A program made the position numbers and the translations under genes. 64,000 nucleotides of DNA from a bacterium (GTDB lineage: Bacteria > Patescibacteriota > Patescibacteriia > UBA9570). Numbering within the stretch: position 1 is the first letter of the stretch; the number at the start of each line of letters is the position of its first letter. The notes beneath the pieces are model-generated. The model did no database searches, was not told the DNA's origin, and saw only the letters and a list, made by a program, of their open reading frames with translations. Shown here piece after piece: positions 58,137-64,000 of this stretch. The stretch covers positions 12,797 through 76,796 of the forward strand of contig JAUYKW010000026.1 in NCBI GenBank assembly GCA_030698395.1, written 5' to 3'.

Positions 58137-59535
58137 AATATTATATTACATCATTAGTATTATAATACTATGCCTTGTAGCATATAGTTTAGGCTACACA
58201 GCTGCCTTTATAGATCCAAAATTAATCATTGGCGCTATCATCGGCTTAATACTGTGTGGTTTAATCTTAAAACAACCCTTAGCAGGAATTTACTTATTAA
58301 TCTTCTTTCTCCCCTTCGAACGCATTGGATCGCTAGATTTAGCCGGAGTTACAATTCGCATCAGTCATGTAATTACCATTCTAACAATAATTTCTTGGAT
58401 AGTACGCGGTTTTGTTATGGGTAAATTTAAATTTCGCCCAAATCCAGTCATCATACCAATAGCATTATTTCTATCAGTAAATATTATCAGCCTAACTAAC
58501 TCTCCAAATCTAGACAGATCAATTTTTGTATTGTTATTTACATTATTTACAATTTCAGTAGCTTTAGCAATTCCAAACTTATTACGTCACCGTTCTCAAT
58601 TACACACCGCTGTAGTCGTTTTATTAATTAGTATGACTGTTGTTAGCATATTTGGTATATATCAGTTCCTAGGCGACCTGGTGGGTCTACCAGAGACGTT
58701 AACAGGCTTACGTCCTCAATATACCAAAGATATCCTGGGATTCCCTAGAATTCAATCTACTGCGCTAGAACCTTTATATTTTGCCAACTATCTATTAATT
58801 CCACTTGGCGTAGCAATTGCTTTATTTTTAAGTAAGTACAAAAAAATAAAACCCATATTTTTATTGGGTGCAATTATTTTGGGAGGTTTAAATTTAGTGC
58901 TAACAGTATCTCGCGGAGGCTACATTGCTTTTGCTGGTACACTGGCCATTCTTGCTCTAATATATTGGAAAGAATTAATCAGACCACATAATGTTATCGC
59001 TGGATTAGTTATTGTTGCAGTTGTAAGCATGGTTGCTGTTAGAGTTTTGAACGTAGAAGAGCAACTCGAAACATTCACAACCCATGTTGGTAATCTATTT
59101 GAAGGAGCATCGTACTCTGAAAGAGTAGATACATTTGAAACAGCAAATACAATTTGGAATCAACACCCTTGGATTGGCATTGGTCCCGGAGGTTTTGGTC
59201 CCTACACTTCTTATCACCCTCTAATTGTTCCTGGCGATGGTTATAAAATTGTAAATAATGAATACATAGAATTACTAGCTGAAACCGGCATGCTAGGTTT
59301 GGCATTCTATATATTAATCATCATTACTTTAATGGTCCGATCTATCAAGGCTCTTAAAATAGGTAAAGATCCTTTTTTACGAAATCTTCTAATTGGTCTT
59401 CTAGCTGCATACACAGGAATACTCATCCAATACAATACCTTCTCTATTCTCTATATCATCCATATTTGGTTTACAATTGGTATAATAATAGCAGTCCAAA
59501 ATTTACTGCTTAGCCCCAATGAAAAAGAAAGATAG
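58117..59535 (+). CDS. O-antigen ligase/polymerase-like protein
   Basis: TVSRGG, HPWIGIGPG, N.YIELLAETG. Confidence 0.8.
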   Translation: MIISSRKILYYIISIIILCLVAYSLGYTAAFIDPKLIIGAIIGLILCGLILKQPLAGIYLLIFFLPFERIGSLDLAGVTIRISHVITILTIISWIVRGFVMGKFKFRPNPVIIPIALFLSVNIISLTNSPNLDRSIFVLLFTLFTISVALAIPNLLRHRSQLHTAVVVLLISMTVVSIFGIYQFLGDLVGLPETLTGLRPQYTKDILGFPRIQSTALEPLYFANYLLIPLGVAIALFLSKYKKIKPIFLLGAIILGGLNLVLTVSRGGYIAFAGTLAILALIYWKELIRPHNVIAGLVIVAVVSMVAVRVLNVEEQLETFTTHVGNLFEGASYSERVDTFETANTIWNQHPWIGIGPGGFGPYTSYHPLIVPGDGYKIVNNEYIELLAETGMLGLAFYILIIITLMVRSIKALKIGKDPFLRNLLIGLLAAYTGILIQYNTFSILYIIHIWFTIGIIIAVQNLLLSPNEKER

Positions 59536-60652
59536 TATACTAATCTATTCAATTTTACTACTACTACCAACCTATCTGGTAAATTTTCAATTTGGTGCTA
59601 TCTCACTAAACTTATTAGACGTAATAATTTTAATCAATTTTTCCATATTTTTATTTAGATTTCGAAATAATATTCAGCTCGGTAACTGGAAATATTTAAT
59701 GGGGTTATTTTTAATCCTAGGCGCCACAGCAGCTTTGATTTCACCAAATTTATTATCTGCTATTGGCATCTACAAAAGCTATATTTTAGAGCCCGTGTTA
59801 GTGGGAATTATGATTTTGACGCTAAAACCACCGTTTCATAAAATTATTTATGCACTGTCTAGTCTAGCATTATTCATTATGATCATTGGATTATTTCAAT
59901 ATATCAGTGGCTATGGCATTCCTGCGCCGTGGAATGTTAGAGGCGATGGTTTTAGAATCACCAGCATATATCCTTATCCAAATGCTGTTGGCTTAATTAT
60001 TGCTCCAATTTTGGCAATGTTAACCGCCTGGCTTATTCATATAAAAAACCATCGCCAAATATTTATCTATCTTGTATTGTTTGGCTTCGCAATACTATTA
60101 TTTGCCCGCGCTGATGGCGCAATAGTAGCTCTACTGGCAGCCATGATTGTTAGCATGCTTTACACAAGATGGCGCTGGATTGCAATTGTTAGTTTTCTAA
60201 TTGTCCTTGCACTAGGTTTTTTATGGCAACCTACAAGAGAAATACTATTATTTCAAGATACATCAGGCGAAGTTCGGCTTGCCATTTGGGAAGGAACCTT
60301 TAACCTATTAAAAGATCATCCAATAGTAGGAGCTGGACTTGCGGGTTTTCCTGATGCTTACCAGAACTATAAATTAGATAGACACGTAGAACTATTACTC
60401 TATCCGCATAATATATTTTTAAATTTTTGGGTAGAGTTAGGAATTGCCGGATTAATTTGGTTACTGTTCGCATTGGTAACTTTCTTAAAAAATATTATTA
60501 CTAGTAAATCAAATCAAAAAATTATTTTACTAGCTGGCATGACAGCAATAATAGTTTATGGATTAGTTGATGTACCATACTTCAAAAATGATTTAGCTAT
60601 TATTTTTTGGACATTACTTACCATGAGTAGTGTTATTGCTGAAAAAAAATAA
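59519..60652 (+). CDS. O-antigen ligase-like protein
   Basis: R..IW, HPIVGAG, PHNIFLNFWVELG. Confidence 0.82.
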   Translation: MKKKDSILIYSILLLLPTYLVNFQFGAISLNLLDVIILINFSIFLFRFRNNIQLGNWKYLMGLFLILGATAALISPNLLSAIGIYKSYILEPVLVGIMILTLKPPFHKIIYALSSLALFIMIIGLFQYISGYGIPAPWNVRGDGFRITSIYPYPNAVGLIIAPILAMLTAWLIHIKNHRQIFIYLVLFGFAILLFARADGAIVALLAAMIVSMLYTRWRWIAIVSFLIVLALGFLWQPTREILLFQDTSGEVRLAIWEGTFNLLKDHPIVGAGLAGFPDAYQNYKLDRHVELLLYPHNIFLNFWVELGIAGLIWLLFALVTFLKNIITSKSNQKIILLAGMTAIIVYGLVDVPYFKNDLAIIFWTLLTMSSVIAEKK

Positions 60653-60743
60653 GTTAACTATTTTTCCATGGCCTTTACAAAAGGTCTTTTTTTTGATATA
60701 ATAATTGTAATTCAAGTTTCTCTGCAGCCAAAATAAAAACAAA

Positions 60744-62519
60744 ATGTACTACTTAAAACATCAAATAAAATTTGTAGGAGTCTTTGTAACTGTTTTTTGT
60801 TTACTAACAGCCCTAGCCTTAATAGACACAGTATCTGCTGATCAACCAGGTACAGTTGCTACTACCATATCTCACACACCAACGGATGAAGAATTATCAT
60901 CTGTTTTATTTTCTAATGACATTGATTCAAATCAAGAATATATATCTCCTGAATTCAATACAGAATTTGAATTTAATGGAGCTGGTCTTACCTGGATAGG
61001 TAATGCAAAAGCAAAAGTAAATTTCTTTATCAGGATTGTAGATGGAGAATGGATAGAAGTTCCGATGATGAATAGTGAAGCTAAGGATAAAAATGAGACA
61101 AATGTTTCTGCTCCTATATTCTTCCAAGGTAACACTTTACAATATAAATTAGTCGGAAAAGATATAAAACAAATACAAAATGTTCGTCTTACATATTTTG
61201 ATTCTACACCACCACCAGAAACATCAACTTTAAAATCTATTAAAACTGCTTTTAATCGTAAACTAACTCAATCCTATAAATTAAATATAATTAGTCGCGA
61301 AGAATGGGGTGCCGATGAATCATATCAAACATGGTCTCCTAGTTACACAGATCCACAAATGTTTATCATTCATCATACCGCAGGTGGTGATAGCAATTCC
61401 GATCCAGCTGCCATGATTAGAGGAATTTATTATTGGCATGCAATTGTATTAGGCTGGGGAGATATTGGCTACAATTATATTATTGATCAACAAGGTAATG
61501 TATATGAAGGTAGATACGGAGGCGATGGAGTTATTGGTGCACACACATACAACGATGCAACAAACACAAATTACAATCTAAATAGCATTGGCATTGCCAT
61601 ACTTGGATGCTATGAAGACAAAACTGGTGCATGTGGAACTACTAGCGAATACAGCACACCGATTCATCAGGCAATTACAGACCTTATTTCAAAAAAGGCC
61701 AATAAATTCAAAATAAAACCGCAAGGTACAAACCTTTATGCATCAACTGAAATATCAAATGTACTTGGACACAGTGATGTAGATCAAACCTACTGCCCCG
61801 GCAGTATCGTACATAACAAGTTAGTAAATGTTAGAAACACTGCAGCAATAAAATATCAAAAATTAGTAAATAAAAAACCACCTTATAGAACAGAGTTAGT
61901 AAATAGCACCCTACCTCAATCCTATATAGTAGGAAACGACACTGATTTATCAATAACATACAAAAACACTGGATTGTATAAATGGAATCCAACTGAAGTA
62001 GTTGCTCAAATTTCTGTAATGCGAAAAAATAAGCGGAAACGAATTGAAATTCCAGAAATAATATATAAAAGAGCTGAATTAAATATATCTACCGATTTAG
62101 ATAAATTAACTCAAAAAAGCGGCGACTACACAGCTCTAATTAAATTGTATCGCAAAGGAAAAGTTATTAAAGGAAGTAGAGTAAAATACGTATATTCAGT
62201 ATCAAATCCTTATCGAGCAAAAATAATTGGATCAAGTCTACCAATCGCAATTAAAAATAATTGGTCGCCAACTACAAATATTACTTTACGGAATACAGGA
62301 GAAATAGATTGGGACAAAAAAACCGAAATTATCGTGAATGGCAATACGGCAGGCTATCTAAAAAAGGATATTCCTACAGGAGAAAAAGTTACAATAAAAA
62401 TAATACTTAATCCAAATCAAGACTGGGATATTGGGAATAAGAATGTTGAGATTCGCTTACAAAATAATGGGGCACGAATCCAAGGATCTAGAATAAAACA
62501 AACGATACGCGTAGACTAA
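60744..62519 (+). CDS. N-acetylmuramoyl-L-alanine amidase (PGRP/Amidase_2) with C-terminal Ig-like repeats
   Basis: ISREEWGA, IHHTA, WGDIGYNY, YEGR, GAH, GH.D...T.CPG. Confidence 0.88.
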   Translation: MYYLKHQIKFVGVFVTVFCLLTALALIDTVSADQPGTVATTISHTPTDEELSSVLFSNDIDSNQEYISPEFNTEFEFNGAGLTWIGNAKAKVNFFIRIVDGEWIEVPMMNSEAKDKNETNVSAPIFFQGNTLQYKLVGKDIKQIQNVRLTYFDSTPPPETSTLKSIKTAFNRKLTQSYKLNIISREEWGADESYQTWSPSYTDPQMFIIHHTAGGDSNSDPAAMIRGIYYWHAIVLGWGDIGYNYIIDQQGNVYEGRYGGDGVIGAHTYNDATNTNYNLNSIGIAILGCYEDKTGACGTTSEYSTPIHQAITDLISKKANKFKIKPQGTNLYASTEISNVLGHSDVDQTYCPGSIVHNKLVNVRNTAAIKYQKLVNKKPPYRTELVNSTLPQSYIVGNDTDLSITYKNTGLYKWNPTEVVAQISVMRKNKRKRIEIPEIIYKRAELNISTDLDKLTQKSGDYTALIKLYRKGKVIKGSRVKYVYSVSNPYRAKIIGSSLPIAIKNNWSPTTNITLRNTGEIDWDKKTEIIVNGNTAGYLKKDIPTGEKVTIKIILNPNQDWDIGNKNVEIRLQNNGARIQGSRIKQTIRVD

Positions 62520-62547
62520 AATAGCCCCAGTTTTTCTGGGGCTATTT
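62518..62547. terminator. Bidirectional terminator
   Basis: AAATAGCCCCAG-ttttt-CTGGGGCTATTT between convergent genes. Confidence 0.8.
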
Positions 62548-62559
62548 CTTTTCCTGTTA

Positions 62560-62751
62560 CTACTTTTTCTTTCGCTTTTTTGCCGGTTTACGCTTAGCTA
62601 CTTTCTTTTTAGCTGGTTTTTTCGCAACCTTCTTTTTAGCTGGTTTACGTTTTGCCGGTTTACGCTTAGCTACTTTCTTTTTAGCTGGTTTTTTCGCAAC
62701 CGCCTTTTTAGCTGGCTTACGCTTAGCTACTTTCTTTTTTTTCACTGGCAT
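62560..62751 (-). CDS. Histone H1-like Lys/Ala/Pro repeat protein
   Basis: KKVAKRKPAK repeats; strong SD AAAGGAGGT. Confidence 0.75.
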   Translation of the reverse strand: MPVKKKKVAKRKPAKKAVAKKPAKKKVAKRKPAKRKPAKKKVAKKPAKKKVAKRKPAKKRKKK

Positions 62752-62844
62752 TTTTTTCCACCTCCTTTCAAATTTATATAAAATTTTCTTGCTTTCTTAA
62801 TTATAATTTTAAAAGCAATTATCTGTCAATGTATTTTATAATAA

Positions 62845-63219
62845 TTATGCTAAATATTTTTTTATTTTTTCTAATAACTCATCAATTGATGTTGAATTCT
62901 TTATACAATAATCAACTGCACCTAACTCTAAACCTTTTGCTATATCTGAATCTTGTCCAAGATTAGATAAAATAATAACGGGAATATTTTTTATTGATGC
63001 ATCCTTTTTAATTTTTTTTAAAAACATAAAGCCATCCATAACTGGTAATAAAATATCCAACAAAACCAAATCAGGTTTTTCTTTTCGCAATATTTTATAC
63101 CCTTTCTTCCCATTATTAGCTAAAATAACATTATATCCACGTTCAGTTAACATCTTAATATAAATATCATAAAGAATTTCTTCATCTTCTACAAGTAATA
63201 TATTTTTGCTTATAGCCAT
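62845..63219 (-). CDS. Single-domain response regulator (CheY-like)
   Basis: LLVEDE, DLVLLDILLP.MDG, GAVDY.IK. Confidence 0.92.
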   Translation of the reverse strand: MAISKNILLVEDEEILYDIYIKMLTERGYNVILANNGKKGYKILRKEKPDLVLLDILLPVMDGFMFLKKIKKDASIKNIPVIILSNLGQDSDIAKGLELGAVDYCIKNSTSIDELLEKIKKYLA

Positions 63220-63227
63220 ATATTTAT

Positions 63228-64000
63228 TTATTTAATTTTCTTTAATTTTGGTATGCTAATGTAAATTTTAGTACCCTTCCCTTCAATACTATCAAGCCAC
63301 ATATCTCCTCCAGATAATTCTACTATCTGTTTAGCAATAGATAATCCCAAGCCTGTACCAACTGTGCTTAAACTTAAAACATTTTCCGCTCTGAAAAACT
63401 CTGTAAATACTCTTTTTTGCTGATCATCAGGAATACCTACGCCAGTATCCTCAAATGCAAAAATTACATTGCGTTGACTTGTTTCACTGGTTATTATAAT
63501 TTTCCCATGCAGTTTATTATACTTTATTGCATTACTAATAATATTCTGAATTACTATCCGAATCATAGCCGGATCAATATTAACTAGTGGTGTCTTATCT
63601 ACTTTATTCTCCATAACAATCTGGATATCTTTTTCATCAATTACAAAATGTTCTTCCTTAATAATTTCTGCAATTAATTTTTGTAATGCAACCGGCTTTT
63701 TAGCAAATTTTATTCTTCCTTGTTCAATTTGTGAACTTTTGAGCAAATTATTTACTAAAGTAATTGCCCGTTTAGAACTTTGATCTATATGCTTTATATA
63801 TTTTGATTGTTCCTTATTCAATTTACCTAAATAACCATTAATAAATAATTCGCTTGATAATTTAATAGCTGATAATGGCGTTTGTAATTGATGCGAAGCA
63901 ATGGAAATAAATTCGGCGCGCATTTTACTTAATTCCTTCCGTACACTACAATCTCTAACAATACTAACAACTCCTACCACCTTATTTTTTATTGAAATGG
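63228..64000 (-). CDS. Sensor histidine kinase, C-terminal part (begins beyond window)
   Basis: ASHQLQTPL, NAIKY, DTGVGI, GTGLGL. Confidence 0.9.
   Translation of the reverse strand, partial: ISIKNKVVGVVSIVRDCSVRKELSKMRAEFISIASHQLQTPLSAIKLSSELFINGYLGKLNKEQSKYIKHIDQSSKRAITLVNNLLKSSQIEQGRIKFAKKPVALQKLIAEIIKEEHFVIDEKDIQIVMENKVDKTPLVNIDPAMIRIVIQNIISNAIKYNKLHGKIIITSETSQRNVIFAFEDTGVGIPDDQQKRVFTEFFRAENVLSLSTVGTGLGLSIAKQIVELSGGDMWLDSIEGKGTKIYISIPKLKKIK

Noticed and set aside
55574-60652. Flippase-GT4-two O-antigen ligase cluster as a novel system
   Set aside because: Common surface or pilin glycosylation arrangement; nothing unusual visible.
1-64000. CRISPR array, DGR or retron
   Set aside because: No regularly spaced repeats, cas genes or reverse transcriptase seen in this window.

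Overview
AT-rich bacterial chromosome segment. Gene content and style suggest Patescibacteria/CPR, probably ABY1/Parcubacteria-like (inference). It carries housekeeping genes (comM, lspA, gmk, pnp, rpsO, a Xer-type recombinase, cca, valS with a Val T-box, tsaD, ruvB, queA, pilB/gspE), an ECF sigma module, envelope and glycosylation genes, 4 tRNAs, a decayed REP-associated tyrosine transposase with dispersed GTAG palindromes, and a GIY-YIG mini-element at tRNA-Glu. The main unexplained feature is about 10 dispersed GC-rich single-gene islets. They share one architecture: a sigma70 promoter at the AT/GC boundary, a structured leader, an SD-led ORF with GC-rich codons, often an AGGAGGA motif, and a long 3' stem followed by TACCC/CCCC. 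Many host genes instead look leaderless and SD-less. Two promoter-driven, ORF-free structured RNA candidates (about 1.73-2.16 kb and 47.8-48.0 kb) are also present. All product calls come from motif recognition by eye; no database searches were run.
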